DNA of 27,143 nucleotides from a virus (Duplodnaviria > Caudoviricetes): the IMG/VR virus record IMGVR_UViG_3300020306_000016, positions 1 through 27,143 of that record; one strand, written 5' to 3'. The number at the start of each line of letters is the position of its first letter. Position 1 is the stretch's first letter. Below are positions 1 to 10,800 of the stretch, one piece after another. The notes below the pieces were generated by a model that saw only the letters and a list, made by a program, of their open reading frames with translations, was not told where the DNA came from and ran no database searches. The position numbers were made by a program, and so were the translations under genes.

Positions 1-162
1 GTAAGAGTTACTCCTTCAGGGGGTTCATCTAATATTCAGGGAGTTAGCACAGGTAGTGGATATATTCAAATAGACCAAGGTGAAGGATGTATCTTAGTAT
101 GGAACACAGGAGAAGGTAAGTGGTTTATGGTCGGTAATAACGGAACTACTTTTGTATCATAG
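1..162 (+). CDS. 3' end of an upstream virion/baseplate-associated protein (partial)
   Basis: Frame 1 is open from base 1 (VRVTPSGGSSNIQGVSTGSGYIQIDQGEGCILVWNTGEGKWFMVGNNGTTFVS) to TAG at 160-162, 10 nt before the gp8 start. Beta-rich composition and position suggest a structural protein. Confidence 0.6.
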   Translation, partial: VRVTPSGGSSNIQGVSTGSGYIQIDQGEGCILVWNTGEGKWFMVGNNGTTFVS

Positions 163-172
163 GTAAATTAAA

Positions 173-1627
173 ATGGCAATTTTAACAACGAAACAGAAAA
201 AACTAGCAATCGAACAATTGATTGCAGATTTTGATTCATCCGCAAACGAATACTATATTGGTATTGGTAGGTCAGAGGATTGGAATGACTCAGATGTAGC
301 ACCCACTGCTCAATCTCATTTGTATGAGGAAGAGGATTTTCGTGATGGTCTACAATCTGTCAAGAAGGTTGTTGATAGAACATTTGTTGTACCAAGATAC
401 AACTGGTCATCTGGTGCGATTTATTCCGCATATGATGATAAACAAGTTGGGTATCCTACTCAGACATACTATGTCATGAATGACAACAACCAAATTTACA
501 TTTGTTTACAACAATCAAAAGATGCAACAGGGGCTGCACAAGCATCAACAGTGCAACCAACTGGTAACACAACTGGTACTCCATTTGCTACGGCAGATGG
601 TTATATCTGGAAATTTGCTTATTCAATCTCTGCGATTGATGCTAACAAGTTTGTCGCCGCAAACTTTATTCCTGTAAAATTACAAACTGCAACAGACTCA
701 AGTTCACAAGCATCTGACATCGAACAATTTACTGTCCAGAACAATGCAAGAAAAGGACAGATACTTGGATTTGCTATTGACTCTGGTGGTGCAGGATACA
801 CCTCAAACCCAACACTAACAGTAAATGCATATGGATATGATAGTGCATTAGGATTCAGAGGTACTGATTCCGCAGGTGGGGGTGGTCAACTTACTGGAAC
901 AACACTTCTAGAAACTGCTAAAGGTGGACTAACCATCTCTGGTGGTATTGTTGTGAAAGCAGAAATCATTGATTCCTCTGGAACACTTATGTTCGGAAGT
1001 GGACAAAGAAAAGCAACAGTAACAGTATCAGGTGGTGGGTCACCTACTAAACCTGCATCTATCAGACCAATTATTGGGTGCGTAGATGGTATGGGTGCTG
1101 ACCCAAGAGATGACCTAAAGTCAACTGGACTTATGATGTCTATTAAGGCAACTGGTTCGGAGACTACAGATGGTCAGTCTGACTTTGTGGTTGGTAATGA
1201 TTTCAGAACAGTTGGAATTATTAGAAATCCATTGCAAACAGACTCATCTGCTAACGGTGTAGTATACTCAGAAAATACTGGTCTTGCTCTGAAGAAACTC
1301 AAGTTCTCTTCAGTAACTCAGGCATTTACTCCAGACAACAGAATTAAAGGTGCTACTAGTAATGTAGAAGCACTGATAGATAGAGTTGATTCATCAAATG
1401 TATTCTATCACCAAACCAGAGATACTGGATATGGTGACTTTGCTACAGGTGAATCGATTTCAGAAACAAATGGTAATGGTGCAGGGTTGTTAGATTCTTC
1501 ACAAGCACCATTCGTAAAACCAGAGATTGATACTCGTGACGGTGAAATACTCTATATTGATAATAGAGCATCGGTGACTCGTGCAAGTGACCAAACTGAA
1601 GATATCAAAGTCGTAATACAAATTTAG
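173..1627 (+). CDS. gp8: T4-like baseplate wedge subunit gp8
   Basis: Motifs typical of gp8 in T4-like phages: YYIGIGRSEDW, VVPRYNWSSG.IY..YDD, YYVMN...YICL, DGYIWKF.Y, NDFR.VGII.NP, C-terminal GEILYIDNR..V.R..DQTEDIKVVIQ. Confidence 0.9.
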   Translation: MAILTTKQKKLAIEQLIADFDSSANEYYIGIGRSEDWNDSDVAPTAQSHLYEEEDFRDGLQSVKKVVDRTFVVPRYNWSSGAIYSAYDDKQVGYPTQTYYVMNDNNQIYICLQQSKDATGAAQASTVQPTGNTTGTPFATADGYIWKFAYSISAIDANKFVAANFIPVKLQTATDSSSQASDIEQFTVQNNARKGQILGFAIDSGGAGYTSNPTLTVNAYGYDSALGFRGTDSAGGGGQLTGTTLLETAKGGLTISGGIVVKAEIIDSSGTLMFGSGQRKATVTVSGGGSPTKPASIRPIIGCVDGMGADPRDDLKSTGLMMSIKATGSETTDGQSDFVVGNDFRTVGIIRNPLQTDSSANGVVYSENTGLALKKLKFSSVTQAFTPDNRIKGATSNVEALIDRVDSSNVFYHQTRDTGYGDFATGESISETNGNGAGLLDSSQAPFVKPEIDTRDGEILYIDNRASVTRASDQTEDIKVVIQI

Positions 1628-1637
1628 GGTATAAGAG

Positions 1638-4600
1638 ATGCCAAATACATTTACAGAATCAGTTTTCTCATCTACTTACAAAGATGACTTTATTGATAGT
1701 GACAATTATCACAGAATTCTATTTAATTCTGGTAGAGCATTACAAGCAAGAGAGTTAACTCAACTACAGACTATTATTCAAGAAGAGATTGCACGATTTG
1801 GTCGTAATATCTTTAAGGAAGGTGCTTCTGTAAATCCAGGCGGGCCTAGTATTACTAGTGATTATGAGTTCGTCAAAATCGAATCTACAAACATTCCTAC
1901 AGATACATCAACTTTGATTGGTGTAACTCTTACACAATCTGGTGGAACAAACGACACAGTACAAGCAAAGATTTTACAGTTTGTTGGTGCAGAAGGTTCT
2001 GACCCAGATACACTTTATGTTCAGTATGTTAATACTTCTGGTGCAGGACAATCAAATACTAACCCAATAAGATTCAACGCAGGAGCAACACTAACAGGTG
2101 CTTCTTCTGGTAACCTTACAGTTCAATCCATAAATACAACTGCAAACCCTGCCGTTGGTCAAGGTTGCTTATTTGCAAACGGAGCAGGAGACTTCTTTAC
2201 TCGTGGACATTTTGTCTTTACTAAAGGACAGAAGATTCTACTTTCCAAGTATACAAGATTCCCAACTAAAGTTGTTGGTTTCAAAATAACAGAAGACATT
2301 GTTACTTCTGCTGACGATAATGCACTATTTGATAATCAGGGTGCAGTGCCTAACTTATCATCGCCTGGTGCTGACCGATATAGAATTCAACTTACTTTAA
2401 CAACAAAAGACCAGATTGCAAGTGGTGAAAACTTTGTTTACTACTGTGATGTGGTAGATGGTAACATTGTTGACCAAGTAACTGGTGCAGACGATTACAA
2501 TAAAATTAACGAAGTTCTCGCACAAAGAACTTTCGATGAATCAGGTAATTATATTGTCAAAAACTTTGACGCAGATTATAGTGATTCTGGTACGAACTTT
2601 ATCGCATCGATTGGTGATGGGGTTGCGTATGTCAATGGTTATCGTGGTGCTACAGAGAAACCTACAAAACTTACTATTCCAAAACCTAGAACAACAGTCA
2701 CAAATACTAATGAAAACATAGGTATTGGTTATGGTCAATATATTAATGTTGAAGGTGGTGCTGATATTTCTGGTGACTTATCAGACAATTCATTCGAACA
2801 GTTAGTATTAGTTGACTCTTCTGGAACAAATGCTAAACTAGGTGGGTCAGGTAACGGTGGTAAAATCGGAACTGCTAGATTAAGATATCTAGAAGAAGAT
2901 GGTGCTGACCATAAAGCATATCTATTTGATATTCAAATGGATGCAGGTAAATCATTCCGTAATACTAAAATGATTGCAAGGGTTGGAGAGACCAATCAGT
3001 TTGCCAAGGTTGTACTTGAGAATTCTAAGTGTGTTCTAAAAGAATCACAAAAAGTAAACAATATCTACACTACACCTAATCCAAGACCTAAGTCTGTTAC
3101 AGATGTAGACTTTGAAGTTCAAAGAGTAATTCCTAACTTAACACCAAGTGGTGGTAATATTACTGGTTCATTATCTGTTGCAGGTGAAGCATTCGCAAAC
3201 TCTGGTAGTTGGATTGTAGTAAGAATGGATGGCACTAGTGGTGCAACTGTTGTTAGTCCTACAATTAGTTTAGGTGCAGGTAATACATCTTTCACAATAT
3301 CAGGGGGAACTCCTGCTATTTCAGGTTCAACTGGTTCATACACTGTATATGCAAAAGTCCAGAAGAGTTCACCAACTCTTGTTAATAAAACACTTACTAC
3401 TGTAACTGGTAGTGGTGGTGTATCTAATAATGAAGTTAATTTACACAGAACAGACTTGTATGATGTAGAATATATTAGACAAGACTCTGCAAACGGAACA
3501 GATATATCAGGAAACTTTACAATTGATAATGGTCAGAGAGCAGGGTTTTATGACAATGCAAGACTAAAACTAAGTCCAGGCGCATCATCACCATCAAGTG
3601 TGTTCTATAAATTTAGACACTTCTTGCATGGTACTGGTGATTATATAGCAGTCAACTCATATACTGGTCAAGTAAACTATGAGGATATTCCTGCATTTAA
3701 TACTCCTGCTGGCGTAACAATCAATCTGCGTGATGTGATTGACATGCGTTCTGCCGTGGATTCAGATGGAAACTTTACTGGGACTAGAGCAAATGTCATA
3801 GAACAACCTACACCTTCTGATATCTTTCAGGCAGACATTGAATACTATTTACCTCGTTCTGATAAGATTGTAGTTAACACAGAAGGTGAGATTAAGCATA
3901 TTCAAGGACAAGATGGGTTTGGTTCACAGATTCCAGATACTCCTGAGAATACACTGGCATTGTATGACTTAACACTAAATGCATATGGTCTAAATGATTC
4001 TGACTTGGTATCAACACCAATCAGAGCAAAAAGATTTAGAATGCAAGATATTGAGAAACTTGAAGGTAGGATTAATAAACTAGAAGAAGTTACATCTCTA
4101 AGTCTTCTTGAGAACTCTACTGACTCATTACTAGTATTGGATGGTTCTGGTAATGTTAGAACTAAATCAGGATTCTTTGTAGATAACTTTGCAGATAGAA
4201 ACTTCTCAGATACAACTAACTCAGAATACAGAGCAGGTATTGACCCATCAAGAGGAATATTACAACCTGCTACTTTTGAAGATAATATTGAGTTAATATA
4301 TGACTCATCCGCATCATCAAATACTATCTTGAAAGGTGATACAGTATATCTGAAACATACTGAAGTTCAAGCAATAGCACAAGAACTTGTATCAGGAACA
4401 GAGAATGTAAACCCATTTGCGGTTATTACTGGTGAAGGTAATATTACTTTGTCACCTGCTTCAGATGAATGGGTACAAACAAAATATGCTCCTGCTAATG
4501 TAATTAACAAAGAAGCAACCAGAGAACTCCCAGACCTGAATGAAGGTAACCTCGCAGTAGGAACTGCTCGTAATAGAGGATTAGGTCAATGGGCATGGAG

Positions 4601-6902
4601 TGGTGCTACATTTATTCCATTGATTGGATTTGGATTTGAGCCAGGCATCAATATCTTTGGTGGATGGGCAAACTGGGTTACATGGAATAATAATGGTGTT
4701 TCTCAAACAAGTTCTCAGAGAGTTGGCAATAATTTAGTCAATAGATTCGAACAAAGAGTTGTTGTTGGACAAAAAACAGTAAACAAAGTTGTTGGAGATA
4801 AATCTATATCTTTAACATTCATACCGTTCATCCGTTCAAGAAAACTGTTCTTCAGAGCAGAAGGTCTTAGAGCAAACACTAGATACTTCCCATTCTTTGA
4901 TGGTGTAGCAGTTGATAACTATGTGAGAGAAGAGACTTTCAAAAGAAAAACAGAAGCACAACAGGAAGCAAACCAACTAAAATATGGTAATAAGCACAGA
5001 AATGCTACGGAACACCCACAAACTAAATCTAACCTAGTATCTGATGGTAATGGTGAGATTACAGGGTCGTTCTTCATTCCTTCAGGTAAAGAAACTCTTC
5101 GTTTCCGTGGTGGAACTCGTGAATTCAAACTTCTAGATGTAAGTGTAGATAATGGTAGTGAACTGTCAAGTGCATCTGTAAACTATGTTGCACAGGGAAC
5201 TATAGACACAAGACAAGAAACAATTACATCAACTCGTATTACTACAGTAAGAACACGAAGGTGGACTGAGACTCAAAGGGTGAGAAGAAGAGACCCACTT
5301 GCTCAGTCCTTTGCCGTGACTACTGGTGGTGGAATGTTTGTCACCGCAGTAGAGTGTTTCTTTGCAAGTAAAGATACAGATGTTCCTATTGAACTTCAAA
5401 TCAGACCCATGGTAAATGGTTCTCCATCTGCTACTGATATCATTGGTAATGCGATTAAGTTCCTTGCGCCTGGTAGTGTAAATACAACTGCCATATCTGG
5501 TGCAACACAAGCAACTGTAGTTGCTAACCCAACTAAGTTTACTTTCGATGAACCAATCTTCTTGAACCCAGATACAGAATATGCAATTGTTCTGTTGGCA
5601 GAATCAATTGATTATAACGCATATGTTGCAGAAACTTATGCTTTCGAACTAGGTTCAACAGAGAAAAGAATTAGCAGACAACCTTCTATGGGTTCATTGT
5701 TCAAATCACAGAACGGAACAACATGGGAGCCTGACCAGACTAAAGACTTGATGTTCAGAATTTACAGAGCAGACTTTGATACTAATGGTGGATTCGCAGT
5801 ATTCGAAAACGCAAGTGTTGAGAAAGAAACTCTTGAAAGTAATCCTCTGCATATTAATCACTCTACAAATACTATGACGGTATTGATGCCAAATCATGGA
5901 TACGATGTAGGTGATACTGTAAGGTTAGAACAATTAGATAGTGAAGACTATGATACTTTTGGTCTAAAAGGCGCACAGTTAACCTTCCCACATGGTGACT
6001 CTGGTGGTAGAAGAGCAATTACTGCTGTAGATGGATTTGGATTCCAGTTTACACAAACAGGTGCAACTTCAAGTGGTAGATTCGGTGGTAATAATATTGC
6101 TGTTGATAAACAGATTCAGTTTGATTTAGCAATACCTCAGTTTACTACATTGATTCCAGAAGATACTACAATTAATTACAATGCTAAGTTTACTACTGGA
6201 ACATCCCTTGCAAAGGTTACTGGTAACCAAGTAAGATATCAGAAAGATGCAAACTTCAGTCAAGAAATATTTGTAAACGAAGAGAATAGATTTGATGCTC
6301 CAAGATTGATTGCAAAAGATTCAAATGAAACTACAAACCTAGGTGCAGGTGTCAGGTCAACAACATTCAAACTTGATATGTCAACTGCAAGGTCAAATGT
6401 ATCACCTATTATTGATGTACAAAGAGCATCTTTGTCTACTCAAGGAAACCAGATTGACAGGCAAACAAGTGATGCTAATCCACCAGCGGATGCTACTGGT
6501 AGTGGATTCAATGACCCATTGAATTTCCAACTTGAGACTGCAAACTTTGGTGGTTCTTCATTGGCAAAACACATGACTTCAGTGCAGACTCTAGAAGAAA
6601 CTGCCGTTGGTCTAAAGATTATTGTATCTTGTTTGAGACCTTCGGAAGCAAGATTTGATGTGTACTTTAGGACTGCCGCCTCAGATGAGAACATAATTGA
6701 TAAAGATTTTGTCTATCAAGCACCAGAGCAAGATATTGCACCAGATGCAGAGAACTTTAGAGAGTATCGTTTCTTAGCAGGTGGTAATGGTGGAACACTG
6801 GATGACTTCACTCAGTATCAAGTTAAGATTGTTATGAAATCATCTAACTCATCTAGAGTACCAATATTTAAGGACTTGCGTGTAATCGCAATGGCAACAT
6901 AA
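1638..6902 (+). CDS. Large VrlC-like (DUF4815-type) virion/baseplate structural protein, 1754 aa
   Basis: N-terminal YKDDF...YHRILF.SGRALQARELTQLQ.I.Q..I.RFG..IFKEG, PGADRY.I.L.L, RTFDESGNY, KSGFFVDNF, DPLAQSF, GSLFKSQNGTTW, C-terminal VP.FKDLR.IA. Follows gp8 as in marine T4-like phages. Confidence 0.85.
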   Translation: MPNTFTESVFSSTYKDDFIDSDNYHRILFNSGRALQARELTQLQTIIQEEIARFGRNIFKEGASVNPGGPSITSDYEFVKIESTNIPTDTSTLIGVTLTQSGGTNDTVQAKILQFVGAEGSDPDTLYVQYVNTSGAGQSNTNPIRFNAGATLTGASSGNLTVQSINTTANPAVGQGCLFANGAGDFFTRGHFVFTKGQKILLSKYTRFPTKVVGFKITEDIVTSADDNALFDNQGAVPNLSSPGADRYRIQLTLTTKDQIASGENFVYYCDVVDGNIVDQVTGADDYNKINEVLAQRTFDESGNYIVKNFDADYSDSGTNFIASIGDGVAYVNGYRGATEKPTKLTIPKPRTTVTNTNENIGIGYGQYINVEGGADISGDLSDNSFEQLVLVDSSGTNAKLGGSGNGGKIGTARLRYLEEDGADHKAYLFDIQMDAGKSFRNTKMIARVGETNQFAKVVLENSKCVLKESQKVNNIYTTPNPRPKSVTDVDFEVQRVIPNLTPSGGNITGSLSVAGEAFANSGSWIVVRMDGTSGATVVSPTISLGAGNTSFTISGGTPAISGSTGSYTVYAKVQKSSPTLVNKTLTTVTGSGGVSNNEVNLHRTDLYDVEYIRQDSANGTDISGNFTIDNGQRAGFYDNARLKLSPGASSPSSVFYKFRHFLHGTGDYIAVNSYTGQVNYEDIPAFNTPAGVTINLRDVIDMRSAVDSDGNFTGTRANVIEQPTPSDIFQADIEYYLPRSDKIVVNTEGEIKHIQGQDGFGSQIPDTPENTLALYDLTLNAYGLNDSDLVSTPIRAKRFRMQDIEKLEGRINKLEEVTSLSLLENSTDSLLVLDGSGNVRTKSGFFVDNFADRNFSDTTNSEYRAGIDPSRGILQPATFEDNIELIYDSSASSNTILKGDTVYLKHTEVQAIAQELVSGTENVNPFAVITGEGNITLSPASDEWVQTKYAPANVINKEATRELPDLNEGNLAVGTARNRGLGQWAWSGATFIPLIGFGFEPGINIFGGWANWVTWNNNGVSQTSSQRVGNNLVNRFEQRVVVGQKTVNKVVGDKSISLTFIPFIRSRKLFFRAEGLRANTRYFPFFDGVAVDNYVREETFKRKTEAQQEANQLKYGNKHRNATEHPQTKSNLVSDGNGEITGSFFIPSGKETLRFRGGTREFKLLDVSVDNGSELSSASVNYVAQGTIDTRQETITSTRITTVRTRRWTETQRVRRRDPLAQSFAVTTGGGMFVTAVECFFASKDTDVPIELQIRPMVNGSPSATDIIGNAIKFLAPGSVNTTAISGATQATVVANPTKFTFDEPIFLNPDTEYAIVLLAESIDYNAYVAETYAFELGSTEKRISRQPSMGSLFKSQNGTTWEPDQTKDLMFRIYRADFDTNGGFAVFENASVEKETLESNPLHINHSTNTMTVLMPNHGYDVGDTVRLEQLDSEDYDTFGLKGAQLTFPHGDSGGRRAITAVDGFGFQFTQTGATSSGRFGGNNIAVDKQIQFDLAIPQFTTLIPEDTTINYNAKFTTGTSLAKVTGNQVRYQKDANFSQEIFVNEENRFDAPRLIAKDSNETTNLGAGVRSTTFKLDMSTARSNVSPIIDVQRASLSTQGNQIDRQTSDANPPADATGSGFNDPLNFQLETANFGGSSLAKHMTSVQTLEETAVGLKIIVSCLRPSEARFDVYFRTAASDENIIDKDFVYQAPEQDIAPDAENFREYRFLAGGNGGTLDDFTQYQVKIVMKSSNSSRVPIFKDLRVIAMAT

Positions 6903-7105
6903 TGTCCAAGTTGATAATGGTAGATGGACATGACGGATTGGCAAGAACTGCTTCTGGGGGCATCGTTAATATAAATAAAGATGAAATCAGAAGTGCTAAA
7001 GAAGCAAAAAGAAAGAGAATAGCAAAAGAGGAAGAGTTTGAAACACTAAAACAAGATGTCGAGGATATCAAAACTCTCCTTCATAAACTTGTAGAGAAAC
7101 TATAA
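6902..7105 (+). CDS. Small conserved phage protein with C-terminal coiled coil (67 aa)
   Basis: Start overlaps the VrlC stop (TAATG) and its stop overlaps the next start. VDGHDGLAR..SGGIVN followed by a charged helix resembles the small ORF found after VrlC in T4-like phages. Confidence 0.7.
   Translation: MSKLIMVDGHDGLARTASGGIVNINKDEIRSAKEAKRKRIAKEEEFETLKQDVEDIKTLLHKLVEKL
6970..6977 (+). promoter_or_regulatory. Possible internal T4-type late promoter
   Basis: Exact TATAAATA about 130 nt upstream of the 7105 gene, inside the 67-aa ORF. Confidence 0.45.
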
Positions 7106-7839
7106 TGGCAACTAACGCACCAACACAAGTAATTATTACTGATACTTTCAGTCAACAAGTCGATAAGATTAACACTATATCTTTGGATTTAGGTGCTACT
7201 GGTCGTTTGCTGACGAATCAAGATTCAGATACTATCTCTGCAATCAACGAACATGACAGTGCTATTCGTGGTACTAATACTGGTTTAGTTGCTAGTGTTT
7301 TAACAACAACAAAAAAGAATTTAGTCGATGCAATCAATGAGTTAGATAGTGATATTGGAGCAAACCCTGCATCCACTTTGACTACAACTGCAAAGACAAT
7401 TACAGGTTCATTAGTTGAGTTAGATAGTGATGTGGGTGTTATATCCACACTATCAACGACAAATAAATCAAATTTAGTTTCTGCTATTAATGAATTGTTT
7501 ACTTCTGTTAATGTGGATTCAGATGGTAAGAATGCACATCTAGACACAACAGGTGTCATGGAATCTCTAGAGAATCTTGACTCCGCAGTAGGTAATCTTG
7601 GTTTCGTAACAACATTTCCTGCTTCCGTAGTAGATTTAACAACTGCCGTTAACAATGTAAGGACTGATTTATCCTTGCTAGATAGTGATAATACTTCACT
7701 AGATGGTAGGTTAGGAGCATTAGCAAATCTAGACTCTGCTTTTGTCGGTACAGAGAGAAGCAGTATGGTAAACGCACTAAACGCATTGAGGGCAGATATC
7801 GCACTAATCTTTGATGAGAATGGCACTCAACTTAACTGA
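7105..7839 (+). CDS. Fibre/whisker-like structural protein with repeated L.T..K.NLV.AINEL(DSD) segments (244 aa)
   Basis: Imperfect repeats: SAINEHDSA, LTTTKKNLVDAINELDSD, LTTTAKTITGSLVELDSD, LSTTNKSNLVSAINEL, SMVNALNAL. Segmented coiled-coil pattern typical of phage fibres; N-terminal TDTF...KIN motif. Confidence 0.6.
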   Translation: MATNAPTQVIITDTFSQQVDKINTISLDLGATGRLLTNQDSDTISAINEHDSAIRGTNTGLVASVLTTTKKNLVDAINELDSDIGANPASTLTTTAKTITGSLVELDSDVGVISTLSTTNKSNLVSAINELFTSVNVDSDGKNAHLDTTGVMESLENLDSAVGNLGFVTTFPASVVDLTTAVNNVRTDLSLLDSDNTSLDGRLGALANLDSAFVGTERSSMVNALNALRADIALIFDENGTQLN

Positions 7840-7854
7840 TGACAGGGGCAAATT

Positions 7855-10800
7855 ATGAGTTATGGCAATGCCATTCCAATCAGACTCAAAGACTCTTCTG
7901 ATGTTACTAAGGGTCTTCAGAGATTCAATTCATCTGACGAGGATTATCTTGCCCACAAAGTAGGCCCTCTTCTAGTACAGTCTGACTCAAACAATCATGG
8001 TGCATTGGGTATATTCCGATATGATAGCACTGCTCTAGGATTAGGTACTTTAGTCAATACAATACTTGACCAAAATGTTGGTGCAGGTGGTAATAGTTCT
8101 GTAACTATCACTCAAGATAATACTACCCTTTATAGAACAAATAGACAAACCCAGATTGCTCAATCTGCAACAATTGGTGGCATAAATCATTTTCATCCTG
8201 CATCAATGGATTCTGATGGCAAGGGCAGAATGGTTATCAGTGAAATGGATTCAGACCAGTTTGGTACACTTGTTGACCGTATCAATGGTAAAGTCATTGA
8301 TTCGGATTTGATTGGTGCATATAAGTTAGCAGTTGGTAGTTCAAGTGGTGGAAGTCAGTCTGGATATACAGAAGTATTGCCTAATTTCTTTGGTGATACT
8401 ATAAGAGATTCCGCAGATTCGAGTTCTAACTTAACTAATTATAGTATTTGGCAAAGAACTTCTGGAACTACAACTCCATCTACCAGAAAACCTCTATTCT
8501 TTAAGAGAGGTGATAGTGATGAAGTGCCTGTTCCAAATGTACAATTCTATAGAGATTCTACTGCTCCTCACGATAGTGCAGGTGCTAGTGTATTTAATTT
8601 TCAAAGAAATGATATATTAAAAAGACCAGTAGTAGGATTTAGAAAGTATACCACAGACAGTGCAGGTGCTAATTCTGCATTTAACTTATATCCAGATAAA
8701 AAGACTCTTGTCAAGTTGTTTGGTAATCATAATAATACCACATCTGAGAACAGGATGTCAAGGTTTAAAACTAATTATCTCATAACAGATAATAGTTCCT
8801 TAGACAGTGCAAATGCAACTTTCTCTGCTTCAGATAGAATATCTTTCTTTTCAGGTAGGTCTGACTCAGATGCCATTGGTTATTCTGAAAACAAGTTGCG
8901 TGGTGTTAAGATTAAAACTAAAAGGTTTTCTAATGTTGCAGATTACGGTGGTGTAACCAGTGCGATAAGAAACTCATCTGCCGTTCAGAATCTAAAAGAT
9001 AGTAATGGATACCATACCTTCGAGGTATTGTTTGATAAGAATACAAAATTCAATCTCAAATCATTTGATAGTGCATCACATGGTTATGGTATGGGTTCTG
9101 GTTTTTATCAATCAAACACTGGTAGCAGATGGCAAAATAGATTCCCAGTAGAGGGTTCAAGTTATCTTGAGGTCGATAGTGCAGGATTTACTAATGTATC
9201 AAGTGCAACAAGAACTCTTATAGATGCAATAAAAACAGCGAACAGTGGAATACTACCTGCCGCCTTTGATGCAAATCCACTAAACAATTCGAACAGTATG
9301 GGAGCATTAGACTCTGACCAAATCTCATTACTTACTTTCAGAGACTTTAAGGGTCTACAAGAGATGGACTCTGATGCTATCAGAGGTTCGATAGGTGGTA
9401 GAGCAAGACTAAGAATGCAGTTTCCAGATAGAGTTGGTTCGTATGCCGTACTTAGTGCCGTTCAAGGAACACCATTAGATAACGGATTTACTGGAACTTG
9501 GGTAGCAAAAGGAACTGCCACTGATACTAGAAGAGTGGTTGCTGATACACAAAATTATACTAGAGATAGAACCGAAAACTTTTCTAGAGATTTTGAAGGA
9601 GATTTCGCAGGAGAATATTCAAGAACCAGAAGCAGTAATTATCTAAGATTAAGAACATCTAATTATACTAGAGATTTTGTTTCTAATAGGGTTACTACAA
9701 GAACAAGTAGTTATTCCGCTGGATTCTTAGGTAACTATTCTAGAAACTTTACTCGTAATTCAACTAATACTTTTACAGGTAATTTTACAAGAACCTCAAC
9801 TTATAGTAGTGGTTTTATTGGTAACTTTACTGGAGATTATACTGGAAATATTGCATACACTGGTGATTTTGTTGGTGACTATCAACAAACTGCTTCAGGT
9901 CATGCCGCTGGTACAACAATTACAGCTAGTCCTCTTGGACATATATCCACATACAGCTGGCGACAAGCAACTATAGGTGGTCAACAAGTAGCAGGATATT
10001 GGGGAGGCGGATATAAAACATATACAAATAGCACAAGCACAGTTCAATACTATATCGCTTTTAATTCAGATGATGATGGTGAAGGTGACTACTATTGGGA
10101 CTATGCTGTGTTTGCTTTGAAACCTAGCACTACTGCAACTTTCTGGATAGATGGTAATGGTGGTTGTATGGCTCCAACTATTAGTGTTGGTGGAGTGAGT
10201 CAGAATATTTCTACTTCAACAAAAGCAAGAGCAATTCATTATGAATGTAGTTCTGAGGATTTCAACTATCCTAATTTTCCATATTCATCCAGTGTTTCAA
10301 GTTTACCGTTGGGTACTTATCCTACTTATACTAGAACCTCAACAAGGACATCAAATGTTCCAACTGATTACTCAAGAAATCGTGTAACAAACTATACAGG
10401 TAACTTTGCAAGGGTACTTACTTTTACACAAGATTTTACTGGTGACTTTACTGGTAACTTCGCAGGTGAATTTACTCGTATATCGCCTGGTAATTTTGCT
10501 AGAGATTTTGTAGGAGATTATACAGGAGACTTTACAAGAACTAGAGCATCTCTCTATACTAGAGACAGTGTATTTCTTGCATATCAAAATTATACTCGTG
10601 TAGCACAAGTAAATTATGTATCAGATTATGTGGGTAACTATGTAGGTAATTTTACGAGAGTTAGTGTATCAAATGCAGGAAATGATATAGTTGCATATCT
10701 TGGCCCTGACCCTGCAGCTTCATTCTATGGTGACACAGGGGAATATGAATATCTAGGCCCTGCTAGATTCACTGGTAACTATGGAAGAATCTTCGCCGCC

